Shown here in pieces: positions 53,619-63,939 of a stretch of 64,000 bases of DNA. How positions within the stretch are numbered: position 1 is the first letter of the stretch; the number at the start of each line of letters is the position of its first letter. The notes under the pieces were generated by a model that saw nothing but the letters and a program-made list of their open reading frames with translations, did no database searches and was not told the origin of the DNA. This DNA comes from Shigella phage JK32, in sequence record MK962753.1; one strand, given 5' to 3'. The position numbers were made by a program, and so were the translations under genes.

Positions 53619-53810
53619 TTAGAGAATCAAAGTAGTTTCTACCAGTTGTTCTTGTTCTTCTGCACTTGATTCGCTCAAATGATTCCGGTTTGCAAATTCT
53701 TCGCAATATCCCGGATGAACAACATGATTTTCGATTTTAACAGCCAACGCCATTTCGACTGGCTGTTTACATACAGCACAAATACAAGTCATAAATCCTT
53801 CCTCCTGCAT
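53619..53810 (-). CDS. hypothetical small Cys-containing protein
   Basis: 63-aa ORF with CxxC and HxxxC; downstream of uvsY as are the small uvsY.-1/-2 ORFs in T4. Confidence 0.35.
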   Translation of the reverse strand: MQEEGFMTCICAVCKQPVEMALAVKIENHVVHPGYCEEFANRNHLSESSAEEQEQLVETTLIL

Positions 53811-53822
53811 ATATTTAGTGTC

Positions 53823-54245
53823 TTACTTTCCAGACTCAAGCATACGCAACTCTATAGCATTCTTGATCGCGAATCCTCGCGATTTGATTATATCAAGAGC
53901 CTTGCCAGCAAAATCCATAACCATTTGATAATAAGCAATTTTTGTGTCCAATGGTAGGATATCATCATCTGCCGCCATCACAACTTTCAATTCTGATGTG
54001 GCGTACTCAACTCTACACCATTCATCACTACGATTAGTGTAAAAGTCAAGTTTATTTTTTGTGGCTTTCTTTTTCTTTGCTTCCAGCGCAATGATCTCGC
54101 GCTTTGCTTCACTATACACACGAAGCCATTTAGAGTAAACTACAGGGTTATTAAGTGCTTCCCATTGTAGCTTTGTTGCGTCGATCTTGACGTCAGCGTC
54201 AAGCTGGTCTTTGAGTTCATTCAGGTCCATAGTAAAACACCTCAA
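53823..54245 (-). CDS. uvsY: UvsY recombination mediator
   Basis: 140 aa; C-terminus DIIKSRGFAIKNAIELRMLESGK closely matches T4 UvsY. Confidence 0.85.
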   Translation of the reverse strand: MRCFTMDLNELKDQLDADVKIDATKLQWEALNNPVVYSKWLRVYSEAKREIIALEAKKKKATKNKLDFYTNRSDEWCRVEYATSELKVVMAADDDILPLDTKIAYYQMVMDFAGKALDIIKSRGFAIKNAIELRMLESGK

Positions 54246-54632
54246 TCATTTAGACAATCTAACTCTAAGTTGTTCTAACTCATCTGGATTGTCTATAACA
54301 GAAAAATAAACCGTTACGATAATCGAGTTCTCATCATACTGCGGAGTTACGTCTACGTCAAGCCTTTTTACTCGTGGTTCGTAGTTTCTTATCGATTCTG
54401 TGATATTCTTAGACAAGGTATCCACAGTCAATGGGTTGATGTTTTCGAATAGTGCGCGGTTTAGATCACATCCAAAGTTAGGATCAAACGGGCGAGATCC
54501 CTTAGCCGTGGTTATGATCAGCAATATGGAATCTTTAACCGCTTTAATCCCTGTGTTCTTTTTAATATCGTTGTTCCATGCTCGCTTAAACTCTAGATTT
54601 AAGTCAGTGTACATCTGGTTAACTGTTGTCAT
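54246..54632 (-). CDS. 25: baseplate wedge protein
   Basis: 128 aa (T4 gp25 about 132 aa); synteny. Confidence 0.75.
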   Translation of the reverse strand: MTTVNQMYTDLNLEFKRAWNNDIKKNTGIKAVKDSILLIITTAKGSRPFDPNFGCDLNRALFENINPLTVDTLSKNITESIRNYEPRVKRLDVDVTPQYDENSIIVTVYFSVIDNPDELEQLRVRLSK

Positions 54633-54639
54633 AACTACC

Positions 54640-55278
54640 TCAAAGGATCGTCAGAAATTCATTAAGACCCCTGATCGAATGAATACCGGACTCCCCGCAC
54701 TCACACTTGATCGGCACTGCCAGTGTGATTTGTGGTCCTGTCAACTCATCGATGATAGTCTCTACATGTTCTGTTGTCAACATGCTTAGTATGGTGTCGA
54801 AGTCTTGCTCGTTTAGGTCATTAATATCAAATTCCTGATTATCTATGACAATATAATCAATACAAGCAATTACCATCTGCATGATATCGTCATCTTCTGT
54901 AAAACGCGGAGGACGGAATTTAATTTTAACCCCTCCTAAATCTAACAGATATGGTTCTGTGTCTGGGATCTGTGTCCGTTCAACGTTAAGATTGTATTCT
55001 TTCTCTTTGTTACATACTCCACACACCCACGTAGATTTGAAATTTTCTTTTGCTAGGCTATGACACCATAGCATAAGGAATAGATATTCAGCCTCGCACT
55101 TCTCTAGCTCTAATGCGTTAATTCCTGTACATTCATTGATAATGTCTAATACCGCTTCCTTAAGACGTCCAGTGCTCTTATATTCTACTAATTTTTGAAA
55201 TTCTTCATAGGTGAATGCTCTAGCGGTGATCGTCTTATCACCTAACTTGATCTTGAAAATATGTTGCATAGTATACAC
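54640..55278 (-). CDS. 26: baseplate hub protein
   Basis: 212 aa; divergent from gene 51 as in T4. Confidence 0.6.
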   Translation of the reverse strand: MYTMQHIFKIKLGDKTITARAFTYEEFQKLVEYKSTGRLKEAVLDIINECTGINALELEKCEAEYLFLMLWCHSLAKENFKSTWVCGVCNKEKEYNLNVERTQIPDTEPYLLDLGGVKIKFRPPRFTEDDDIMQMVIACIDYIVIDNQEFDINDLNEQDFDTILSMLTTEHVETIIDELTGPQITLAVPIKCECGESGIHSIRGLNEFLTIL

Positions 55279-55311
55279 CTCTTATGATACATAGAAATTA
55301 TTTAGTATTTT

Positions 55312-55319
55312 ATAAATAC
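55312..55319 (+). promoter_or_regulatory. T4-type late promoter TATAAATA
   Basis: Exact octamer about 19 nt upstream of gene 51. Confidence 0.5.
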
Positions 55320-55338
55320 CCGAAAGGGGGATTGTATT

Positions 55339-56112
55339 ATGAATGTTATACGAATTAAAATGCCAGATGGCGGGGCTAAACGTTTTAAGCCATTCACTGT
55401 AAAAGATTATCGTGATTTTCTTTTAGTTTCGGCTGATATGAAAGGCAATCCATCGGAGGAACAACTGATTCTGGATGAATTGCTGGAGGAATTATACCCT
55501 GATGTGGACCCGATATTCCGAGAATATATTTTCCTGAACGTTTTTACTAGCTCAATAGGCAAAACAAAATTACCACTTTCTTTTAAGTGTCCAACCTGTG
55601 GTAAGGAAAAACGAATACTGTTAAACCTTGCTGTTCCGGCACTGCAACCAATCGTCCTAGAAACGGCTGGGCTTAAAATTAAGTTTAAGTATGTGAAACC
55701 ATCAAGCGACTACGCAAAAACGTTTCTAGAAGCTATTGAGAGCGTTTCTGACGGTGATCATGAGTATGTATGGACCGAATTGCCGGAGGAAGTGCGCGAT
55801 CAGGTTATAGATTCGATATCCTTCGCAGAATTTGAAACCATAGTAAAGAAAATGCACACCATTTTGATTGAGCAGAAGATCAAATGTTGTGATACACACG
55901 AATTAAGATATACTGATTTGTTGGGGTTATATAAACTAATCCTTAATCCAGATGAGCTTTTTACTTTTTATAGGATTAATCATTTGCTTGTAAAAAGTAG
56001 TTATACGTTTGGTGATCTAATGGATATGTTGCCAGTAGAAAGAAATATCGCCCTAACATTAGTAGAAAAAGACGTTAAAGAGGCAAATAATGCAAAGACC
56101 CGGATTTCCTAA
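55339..56112 (+). CDS. 51: baseplate hub assembly protein
   Basis: 257 aa; synteny. Confidence 0.6.
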   Translation: MNVIRIKMPDGGAKRFKPFTVKDYRDFLLVSADMKGNPSEEQLILDELLEELYPDVDPIFREYIFLNVFTSSIGKTKLPLSFKCPTCGKEKRILLNLAVPALQPIVLETAGLKIKFKYVKPSSDYAKTFLEAIESVSDGDHEYVWTELPEEVRDQVIDSISFAEFETIVKKMHTILIEQKIKCCDTHELRYTDLLGLYKLILNPDELFTFYRINHLLVKSSYTFGDLMDMLPVERNIALTLVEKDVKEANNAKTRIS

Positions 56113-57199
56113 CGTCTCTATAAAGCTATATCAGGACTATGAAGCATTTTTGGAAAATAGATTTGTTGAATTGGGAGCAACCTTCATTACAATGACATTA
56201 CGAGATTCTCTTCGTGGTGTCAATGAAGGTCTACTACAGATCTATGATTCTAAGGCGCTTCATACGAAATTAGCAGGAACAGAGATTATACAAATTTCAT
56301 TATCAACGGCTAATACTGAACAAGTATTCAACCGGATATATGGTATCGCGCATAGTAATGTGACCGTTGACTCTAAGGCCGATAATATAATAACCTTCCA
56401 GTTAAAGAGCTACCATGAAACGCTGAATCTAAAGTTTTCTCGCGCTACCGACACTAACGCGATGAATAACATCACCAGTATGATAGACGCGATCTATAAG
56501 AATGTTCCCTTGTGGAAACCTACCATTACAGGAGTAAACGTATTCATTCCTAAGTGTCCGTGGGTTAGTACCGTCAATGACTATTTTGAATATGTGAGAA
56601 CACATGGTCAGAGTGTAGACAACGAATCGTTCGTTTACTGTTGGGAAGACTTTGACGGGATCAAGATCACCGATCATAAACTACTAATGCAGGGTGATCC
56701 AATTCCTGCTATCGTCACCGAGCCTACCCTAACAGGACAATTCATGGATATGAGCGAATATTTGATGGTGTTTAACTTTGAGTGGGATACTAAGAGTAAT
56801 GCGGTAACAAAAAACTCATTCGCTAATGTCACTTACACAACAATTGATTTCATCACGAAGCAGTATAACAAGATTGTAGTGGGTAATGGTGATAACATAG
56901 CTCATTTTGCACATGGTGGTGCCTATGGTAATTTGACATATAAAAACGCGTATCTTGAAGGTTCTAAACTGGCAACTTTTGGACAATTTGATTCCTATGC
57001 CAGCGCGGTGTGTCATGGTAATTTCTCTCTACGTCCGGCACAAAAGCTAAGATTCTTTGATGCTAAACAGCAAATTCGCACCGACTTTATTGTCGATGAA
57101 GTTGTTCATGAAATTTGTCGAGAACAATCATTAACACATATTCACATGTTTAGTCATAGTGAGATTTTGAAAGATGTACAATTTGAAGGTAAAATGTGA
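56090..57199 (+). CDS. 27: baseplate hub protein
   Basis: 369 aa; synteny. Confidence 0.65.
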   Translation: MQRPGFPNVSIKLYQDYEAFLENRFVELGATFITMTLRDSLRGVNEGLLQIYDSKALHTKLAGTEIIQISLSTANTEQVFNRIYGIAHSNVTVDSKADNIITFQLKSYHETLNLKFSRATDTNAMNNITSMIDAIYKNVPLWKPTITGVNVFIPKCPWVSTVNDYFEYVRTHGQSVDNESFVYCWEDFDGIKITDHKLLMQGDPIPAIVTEPTLTGQFMDMSEYLMVFNFEWDTKSNAVTKNSFANVTYTTIDFITKQYNKIVVGNGDNIAHFAHGGAYGNLTYKNAYLEGSKLATFGQFDSYASAVCHGNFSLRPAQKLRFFDAKQQIRTDFIVDEVVHEICREQSLTHIHMFSHSEILKDVQFEGKM

Positions 57200-57717
57200 T
57201 GACTGATACTAAACCATCTCTAAAATTTGTTGTTCCTGTTAAAAATATTACCGTTAACGGGAAACATATCAAGATCCCTAAAATGGGGATCAAACAGCAC
57301 AGATTATTAAAAGATGTTCGTAGCTGTGAAGAGACTTTAAAAATTCTACTTGATTCCATTCACCCAGGACTAAATGCAGCCGAAGCAGAATATGTTATGC
57401 TTCACTTATGCTCTTTTAATGGCAAATGCCTAGAAGAAAAAGATGGTTTGCGATTGGATGATGTTTATATCTGTACAGAATCGGAGTTTGAATTTAATGG
57501 CGAGAAATTCAAGTTCACGCCTCCTATGCTCTCTTCTGAATATACACATGATGATGCAAATTTCCTAAGCAATCACTATCACGATCCTAGTGTAGACTTT
57601 CATAAATTCCCAGCGTTTATTATGAATTGGGCTACAGGATTAAGAAAAACCGTTGCCTTAGATACTCCAGAAGGTACTATCTATGGTGGCATTAACATAT
57701 TGGATCGCCTATCATGA
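57196..57717 (+). CDS. 28: baseplate hub distal protein
   Basis: 173 aa; synteny. Confidence 0.6.
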   Translation: MMTDTKPSLKFVVPVKNITVNGKHIKIPKMGIKQHRLLKDVRSCEETLKILLDSIHPGLNAAEAEYVMLHLCSFNGKCLEEKDGLRLDDVYICTESEFEFNGEKFKFTPPMLSSEYTHDDANFLSNHYHDPSVDFHKFPAFIMNWATGLRKTVALDTPEGTIYGGINILDRLS

Positions 57718-59393
57718 ATGACACATTAACATCATTTCGCGGAATGCGTAAAGACGCAGAAAATGATCCGCTTGATAAATTAGAAAAATTGGACAAACTA
57801 GATTCTATTGATAATCTTCAAGCTGCAAGCGAATTGGTAGCAGAGACAGTAGAACAAAAATCTAATGAAGTTATTGGAGCGGTGGAGGATAACACCGCCG
57901 CCAACGAATTAACGGCAGAAAACACACAATCAACTGCTGGTAATACTCAAAAAACCTATGAAGAATTGCAGAAGTTGAACAGCTTTTCTTCTCAGATGAA
58001 TGAGAAATTACGCGGTTTTGGTGTTATGATGGAACGTAGATTCAGCGTAGTTTCTAAGATCACCAGTGGTCTTGATGCAATTGAAAAGGCCATCAAGGAT
58101 GAGAAACAGCCGGAACAAACTATGCCATCACCGCAACCAGTTTTGCCGAGTGTACCGGAACAACAAAATAACGATAACTACCCTACGTTACCTAAGAAGC
58201 CTAAAGACGATAAGAAAAAGAAAGATAAGAACAGCGACCGTGACAATAATATGCAAATGCTAATAAAAGCGGTTCGCGGTGGATTTAAAGAGACTGTTGG
58301 TGTATCCAACAAGATATTCTCTATGCTGTTTAAAATGACCGTAACTGCATTGCTGGAAGTTGCCAAATGGGGAGCTATTCTTCTGGGGATCGTTGTTGCT
58401 ATTGATACTCTTATGATTCATTTTAGATACTGGAGCACGCAGTTTAACGAGAACTTTGGCGGGTTTATGAAGAAGGCCGGAGGATGGGGTACATCACTAA
58501 CAAGTATTTTAGCTAGTGTTGACGCGATTAAAGATTTTTGGGCTAAAAAACAATATGGTGATCTAGTTTGGGAAATTGTTAAAGGCATCGGTAAATCATT
58601 AAAAGATGCATTCTTCCAGTTAGATAAAATTGTCACTCAAGGCGTAGCGTCTGTATTGCGAACTATTCCTATGATGGGTGATGTTGCTGATACTATGGAA
58701 TATAACGCGCTAAAACAAGCTAAAGAGCATGGTGGATATAAACTTACACCAGAAGAAAATAAACTTTATCTTCGTAAGAAAAAAGAAGAAGATATGGAAA
58801 AAGGTAAACTTGCTAAAGCTAAATTAGCCGTTGAGAAATATAATCAGCCTTTGGGGATGCAAACAGAAATTTTGTTGTCGCCCGAAGAACAAAATGCTGT
58901 AGATAGATATGAAGAATTGAAGTCTGTGAGTGAGGAAAAATATTTGCGTAGTGGTGCTATTACTAGCGATGCAGAATCTGACTTAAAAAGAAATATTTCT
59001 ATGTTGGATTCGCTTAAGCCAAACTTACATGACAAACAGATTGCCGAACTTGATGCTAATGTAAATGAATATCGATCTTTGGTTAATGATGACTCATTGC
59101 TTTCTACTGATCGCAGAATGATTCAGGATCTGCTTAATCGTTATGACAAACTTCGTGCGGATAAAAACGCTAAGGTAACAGTAACCGCGCCTCCACCGGA
59201 TGAAACCGATACAGCAAAACAAGCAACGGCAATAGAACAGGGGCAATTACAGAATATCAGGAATGATAATTCTATTTCTAATACAGCCAACGTTGCAAAC
59301 ACGCAGATCTATAACAATAATAGAACGGTGCAGATAACACGGCCTCAAACTAGTACGCCTTCTCCCGGCCTATTACAGAAAGGAATAGTTTAA
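57714..59393 (+). CDS. 29: tail tape measure / baseplate hub protein
   Basis: 559 aa, helical, low-complexity; synteny. Confidence 0.65.
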   Translation: MNDTLTSFRGMRKDAENDPLDKLEKLDKLDSIDNLQAASELVAETVEQKSNEVIGAVEDNTAANELTAENTQSTAGNTQKTYEELQKLNSFSSQMNEKLRGFGVMMERRFSVVSKITSGLDAIEKAIKDEKQPEQTMPSPQPVLPSVPEQQNNDNYPTLPKKPKDDKKKKDKNSDRDNNMQMLIKAVRGGFKETVGVSNKIFSMLFKMTVTALLEVAKWGAILLGIVVAIDTLMIHFRYWSTQFNENFGGFMKKAGGWGTSLTSILASVDAIKDFWAKKQYGDLVWEIVKGIGKSLKDAFFQLDKIVTQGVASVLRTIPMMGDVADTMEYNALKQAKEHGGYKLTPEENKLYLRKKKEEDMEKGKLAKAKLAVEKYNQPLGMQTEILLSPEEQNAVDRYEELKSVSEEKYLRSGAITSDAESDLKRNISMLDSLKPNLHDKQIAELDANVNEYRSLVNDDSLLSTDRRMIQDLLNRYDKLRADKNAKVTVTAPPPDETDTAKQATAIEQGQLQNIRNDNSISNTANVANTQIYNNNRTVQITRPQTSTPSPGLLQKGIV

Positions 59394-59394
59394 T

Positions 59395-60441
59395 ATGAAA
59401 ATTAAAATTTTGGATGATGCTAATGACGCCTTAAAAAAAGGCGTCAAAGCGTCTGCTGGGTTTACTCAAAAACAAGACAAGTCAACTTTAACCGCTCAAT
59501 TTCCATCTGAACGAGCTAGCGGTAATGATTCGTCTGGTATATACATAAATGACCTTTATAGTAATGGCTTGTTGTTTACTGCCTATGATTATAGAGAACG
59601 TGTTACTAGTTCTCTTCGTGATTTTAGAAATGAGCACAGTACATTACGTGGATTTGGTGCGAATGGGAAAATAGGGTCAAAAGATTTTTATAAAACATCG
59701 TTTGACCGTGATGCTGTTGCTAATATCCTGCTTCCTCGTAGTCAATCAGATGTTGATGCGGTAAGTCACAAGTTTAATGATGTTGGTGAATCTCTCGTTA
59801 CTCGTGGTGGTGGTACTATTTCTGGTGCATTATCTGCTATGGCATCGACCGCAGTATTTGGTGGTTTGGAAAGTTTGACAGGTGGTTATCTTGCGGATAA
59901 AAACGAGCAGATCTATAATACCGCTCGTAGTATGTATGCTGGGGCAGATCCTAGAACTAAAAACTACGTCTGGCACTTAACCCCACGTAGTATTGAAGAC
60001 CTGCGAAATATCCTGATTATCTATGAAACGTTTGTAGAATTGTCTTATGGATCTAGTGGTATTTCCAGTACCGCAAAACAATTAAAAGCGGAAGTTGATG
60101 CATGGTATAAAAAGACAATTCTTTCTAAAACGGTTCCAGAAGGTGCTGATACAACGGGTACTGTATTTGAGGGAATAACTGACTTTTTGACAAACGTAAC
60201 CACTGTGTCGAATCCTACTATATGGATGGTCTCAAATTTCGGTAAGAGATCTGCTTATGAGGGACGTAATGACTCTTTCGGACCAGCGCAGATCACTAAC
60301 GTAAGACTTGATAAATCACCAGATGGTAAATTTGGTGGCCTGGCAATATCTCCTAACTTACCGAGTACCTTTGTTTTGGAAGTATCGTTTAGGGAGATTC
60401 TTACTCTTTCCCGTGGTACTGTATTTGGGAGTCAATTATAA
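59395..60441 (+). CDS. 48: baseplate-tail tube junction protein
   Basis: 348 aa; synteny. Confidence 0.65.
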   Translation: MKIKILDDANDALKKGVKASAGFTQKQDKSTLTAQFPSERASGNDSSGIYINDLYSNGLLFTAYDYRERVTSSLRDFRNEHSTLRGFGANGKIGSKDFYKTSFDRDAVANILLPRSQSDVDAVSHKFNDVGESLVTRGGGTISGALSAMASTAVFGGLESLTGGYLADKNEQIYNTARSMYAGADPRTKNYVWHLTPRSIEDLRNILIIYETFVELSYGSSGISSTAKQLKAEVDAWYKKTILSKTVPEGADTTGTVFEGITDFLTNVTTVSNPTIWMVSNFGKRSAYEGRNDSFGPAQITNVRLDKSPDGKFGGLAISPNLPSTFVLEVSFREILTLSRGTVFGSQL

Positions 60442-61370
60442 TGTTTGATTTAAATGATTTCAACGAACAAGCCGCTAATCTAGACTTTCAGCGATCTAAT
60501 CTATTTTCGGTGGCGTTTGCCACCGTTCCTAGTAGCAAGACACAGCAAATTCTAGAAAATTTTGGTGGTGCTATTCATGATATTATACCTGGTAAATTAA
60601 ATGATTATTTTGGTATTACAGAGGGTGATTATACCGATGCCGTAACAAATTTGGCTATACATGGAGTGCGTAGAGCCGTTACATCGTCCGGTGTCAAAAA
60701 GTATCTTTTAGGTGCAATGTCATCCCGCGTAGTTCAATCTCTTCTGGGGCAATTTGAAGTTGGTACATATGTCATGGATTGGTTCAATATGGCATATAAG
60801 ACAAGCGGTTTGATGGTATATGCTGTTAAAGTTCCAGAAAACCGATTGAGTTATGAAATGGACAGAAACCACAATGCGCCTAACATTAGAATTACTGGAC
60901 GTGATTATGACCCGTTGATTCTTAGCTTTAGAATGGACGCTAGCGCGTCTAATTACAGGGCGATGCAGGATTGGGTTAACTCAGTAGAAGACCCCGTTAC
61001 AGGGCTTCGTGCGCTTCCTGTTGACGTTGAAGCAGATATTCAGGTCAACTTACATAACCGAATGGGAGTTCCTCACACGATCATGATGTTTAATGGTTGT
61101 GTTCCTGTTGGTGTGAGTTCCCCTGAATTAAGCTATGAAAATAACAACGAAATCACAACATTCGATGTTACTTTTGCGTATAGGACTATGCAAACTGGTG
61201 CTGTAGGAGAGCAAGCCGCGCGAGAATGGATTGAGGATAAGGCAATAAACCTGATTCAAAATACTATTGGTGATGGTACATCTGGATCGTTGACCGCTGC
61301 TGGTAGTGCGTTATCTCGCCTACAGGGTGTTGGTGGTAGGATAGTTAATTCTATTACTAGGTTGTTTTAA
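60441..61370 (+). CDS. 54: baseplate-tail tube initiator protein
   Basis: 309 aa; synteny. Confidence 0.65.
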   Translation: MFDLNDFNEQAANLDFQRSNLFSVAFATVPSSKTQQILENFGGAIHDIIPGKLNDYFGITEGDYTDAVTNLAIHGVRRAVTSSGVKKYLLGAMSSRVVQSLLGQFEVGTYVMDWFNMAYKTSGLMVYAVKVPENRLSYEMDRNHNAPNIRITGRDYDPLILSFRMDASASNYRAMQDWVNSVEDPVTGLRALPVDVEADIQVNLHNRMGVPHTIMMFNGCVPVGVSSPELSYENNNEITTFDVTFAYRTMQTGAVGEQAAREWIEDKAINLIQNTIGDGTSGSLTAAGSALSRLQGVGGRIVNSITRLF

Positions 61371-61374
61371 TGTT

Positions 61375-61397
61375 AAAAGGGGCATTGCGCCCCTTTT
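61375..61397. terminator. bidirectional rho-independent terminator
   Basis: AAAAGGGG-CATTGCG-CCCCTTTT hairpin between convergent gene 54 and the lipoprotein gene. Confidence 0.6.
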
Positions 61398-61399
61398 AA

Positions 61400-61912
61400 T
61401 TAATTTAGTATATCTTCACACTGTTTACGCAGTTTATACCGGTATTCTTTAGAACTCAGCAATTGAACTTTTTCATAATCTCCAGACTCATATGCACTTG
61501 ACAGGTCGTCTTGATATGCTGCCTCTACCCCGATTCGACAAATGTCATATTTTCGTGCTTTCTTCAAGTCCAATTGTTCTCGCTCAAACTCTTTTCTTCT
61601 TTTCTCTAAATCTTCCTGATAGCTCTTATTTCTGCGATCTATCTTATCTTGAATCTCTGCGATTCTTTGTTGTGCTTCTTGTGGTAGTCCTATACGCGCT
61701 GCTGCCTCATCTTTTTTCTGTAGCATATCAATCACGCAATGTTCAGGGTCTTGATATACAAATTGCTTGACTTGCGAATGATTGTACCATTGAACACAAT
61801 ATTCTTCAACTTGCTGTATTGATGCTGTTGCGACTCGATAATCTTTTAACCCAGCGCACCCATTAAGCATAGCCACTAAAGCCGCAAGACCAATCAGTTT
61901 AATAATTTTCAT
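61400..61912 (-). CDS. putative lipoprotein
   Basis: 170 aa; signal peptide with lipobox LNGC; start overlaps the stop of the upstream ADP-ribosyltransferase gene. Confidence 0.5.
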   Translation of the reverse strand: MKIIKLIGLAALVAMLNGCAGLKDYRVATASIQQVEEYCVQWYNHSQVKQFVYQDPEHCVIDMLQKKDEAAARIGLPQEAQQRIAEIQDKIDRRNKSYQEDLEKRRKEFEREQLDLKKARKYDICRIGVEAAYQDDLSSAYESGDYEKVQLLSSKEYRYKLRKQCEDILN

Positions 61913-62742
61913 TTAGTCACCTCACCGAAAATTGTAAATTGTCTACGATTCTCATCGCCGAAGGATTCTACTACGTCGTTTACCTTTATGCAAGTCCCGC
62001 GCGGTAAAATTACTTCACATTCGCAAGGATTCCACGCAATCGACCCAACAACAAAACCTTTATGATCTTTTACATCAATTACCCATGATACATTACAAGA
62101 ATGTTGCATCTTTCCGGTCATCGATTCATATCGATTCTCACAATAAAGGCTAGTGCTGTTTGAAAGCCATCCTCCAAAAATGATCGGTGTCATGCTGGTC
62201 GACACAAAGTTTTTAAAGGTAAATTCCTTATCTTCAATAATACGCTCTATTGTTTGAATGTCAAGATGTTGACCACGATAAAGAGTACCGTTTAACTTTT
62301 CGGTTTTATCCATGACACAATCCATCAAATCGACAATCTCTGATATCTCGTCGGTCATGTCTTCCTCGCCTAAGAGAGCACCATTTACCCATTCGTATTG
62401 TTCAGACACATAATCACAGATTGCATTATATTCTGCTGGGGTTATGTTGTTATGTTTGTAATATTTGAATACATTATCTCCAAAATCTTCGGAGTGTACT
62501 TCATACATCACATTAATGATTTTCTTGACAAATCCATAATCTTGTGTCTCTCGCTCAAGGAAGCGGATAATCTTCACATAATCATCAAAGTTAATCTGAT
62601 CGCTGATCATCTCAGTGATCATGTAACCATTAATCCCCTCAATGCCATATGTTTCGATGTAATTATCCATACGTTCCATCATTGATTCGCGTGAATCTTC
62701 TGAAAGACGAAAATCCTGTAATTGTTTGAACATTTTGAACAT
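61909..62742 (-). CDS. mono-ADP-ribosyltransferase (R-S-E type, Alt/Mod-like), paralog 1
   Basis: 277 aa; motifs LYRGQ, FVSTSM, ECEVILPRG. Confidence 0.6.
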   Translation of the reverse strand: MFKMFKQLQDFRLSEDSRESMMERMDNYIETYGIEGINGYMITEMISDQINFDDYVKIIRFLERETQDYGFVKKIINVMYEVHSEDFGDNVFKYYKHNNITPAEYNAICDYVSEQYEWVNGALLGEEDMTDEISEIVDLMDCVMDKTEKLNGTLYRGQHLDIQTIERIIEDKEFTFKNFVSTSMTPIIFGGWLSNSTSLYCENRYESMTGKMQHSCNVSWVIDVKDHKGFVVGSIAWNPCECEVILPRGTCIKVNDVVESFGDENRRQFTIFGEVTK

Positions 62743-62755
62743 TTTAAACCTCCCA

Positions 62756-62794
62756 TATAACAGAAAACGGGGCTAGTATAAAACTAGTCCCCGT
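62756..62794 (-). terminator. hairpin terminator / attenuator
   Basis: AACGGGGCTAG...CTAGTCCCCGTT hairpin with moderate T-run on minus strand. Confidence 0.4.
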
Positions 62795-62820
62795 TTGAGT
62801 CAACCATTATTTCTTAAAAA

Positions 62821-63939
62821 TTACATTTTAAATTTATCTGGCATTGCGTCTACAGATACCAGATCAGCGATAAGCTGACGTAGAGTTGCCTTATCTGCTT
62901 TCTTACGTTCGGTTTTAGCTTCGGTAATAAAGCTGGAGAAAGACAGGTCAGAAGCAGGTTTAACAACACCTTCACGGATGAATGCATCACCGTCCGCGAT
63001 CATCTCGCCAGATTCTTGTAATGCTGCCAGTTCATTTTTGTTCATAATATGTGCCTCAATGTAATAAGTTTCTTGTGAATCCGTCGATGCCGTAGCACGA
63101 GTTACCGTATCAAAGGATAACACAACACCGCGAGGAAGTAAAATCTCGCATTCTTTGTAAGCAAATGCTTTGTTACCTACTGGCAATACGGGGATGTTTT
63201 CCGCGCCAGCAATGGAGAAAGCAACATTAGCGCCACCTTCACCGCGAGATCCAGCCATAGAATCTACACCAGCAACGGCACTAGCCACGTTTGCATTCCA
63301 GCCGCCAAAAATGTTAGGTGCAAGGGAAGTGCTCACATAGTTTTTAAAGTAAAACGCTTTTTGCTTACGTGCAGTTTCCCACATTTGCGACCGGAAGTCC
63401 ATACCACGATACAGAATAGTACCAGGATCAAGTTTAACGCCATAGTTGGAGAAGGCATTATCCAGTGCATCGCACATCTTGACCAATTCTTCTGGATCTG
63501 CGATGCCTTCAAACTCTTCCAGCTTACGGTCGGTTAGGAAGTTGTTCATATTGATGTATGCTGCATCGGCATATTCGCTCAACACAAAACCTTCCGCGCC
63601 CGGCAGATCAAGATCAATATCTGCCATCATTTCACCCATGTTGCTAGCAATTGCTTCAAACATACCGGAAGCAACATTACGTAGGGCATCGGTTTTAATC
63701 TGTGTGATGTGACTACGCAGCATTTCAGCTTTTACATCTGCTGGCATAGACTGGTCTACTCGATCCATTGCCAGGGCGGTGATCTTGTTTTCGAATACTT
63801 CCTCGCTCATGATTTCTTTTAAGCGTTTGATTGATGCTGCGATAACTTCCGCAGACAACGGATCATATTGATCCTGAACTTTTACCAGTTCGCTTACTGC
63901 ATATTTTGCATCGGCTTCGCTTTCAAAAATAGTACGCAT
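62821..63939 (-). CDS. mono-ADP-ribosyltransferase (R-S-E type, Alt/Mod-like), paralog 2
   Basis: 372 aa; motifs LYRGMDF, YVSTSLAP, KECEILLPRG; C-terminal domain alignable with paralog 1. Confidence 0.6.
   Translation of the reverse strand: MRTIFESEADAKYAVSELVKVQDQYDPLSAEVIAASIKRLKEIMSEEVFENKITALAMDRVDQSMPADVKAEMLRSHITQIKTDALRNVASGMFEAIASNMGEMMADIDLDLPGAEGFVLSEYADAAYINMNNFLTDRKLEEFEGIADPEELVKMCDALDNAFSNYGVKLDPGTILYRGMDFRSQMWETARKQKAFYFKNYVSTSLAPNIFGGWNANVASAVAGVDSMAGSRGEGGANVAFSIAGAENIPVLPVGNKAFAYKECEILLPRGVVLSFDTVTRATASTDSQETYYIEAHIMNKNELAALQESGEMIADGDAFIREGVVKPASDLSFSSFITEAKTERKKADKATLRQLIADLVSVDAMPDKFKM

Noticed and set aside
55279-55338. Minus-strand late promoter for gene 26 in the 26/51 divergent region
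   Set aside because: The minus strand reads TATTTATAAAAT, which has a two-position mismatch to TATAAATA; only the plus-strand octamer for gene 51 is exact.
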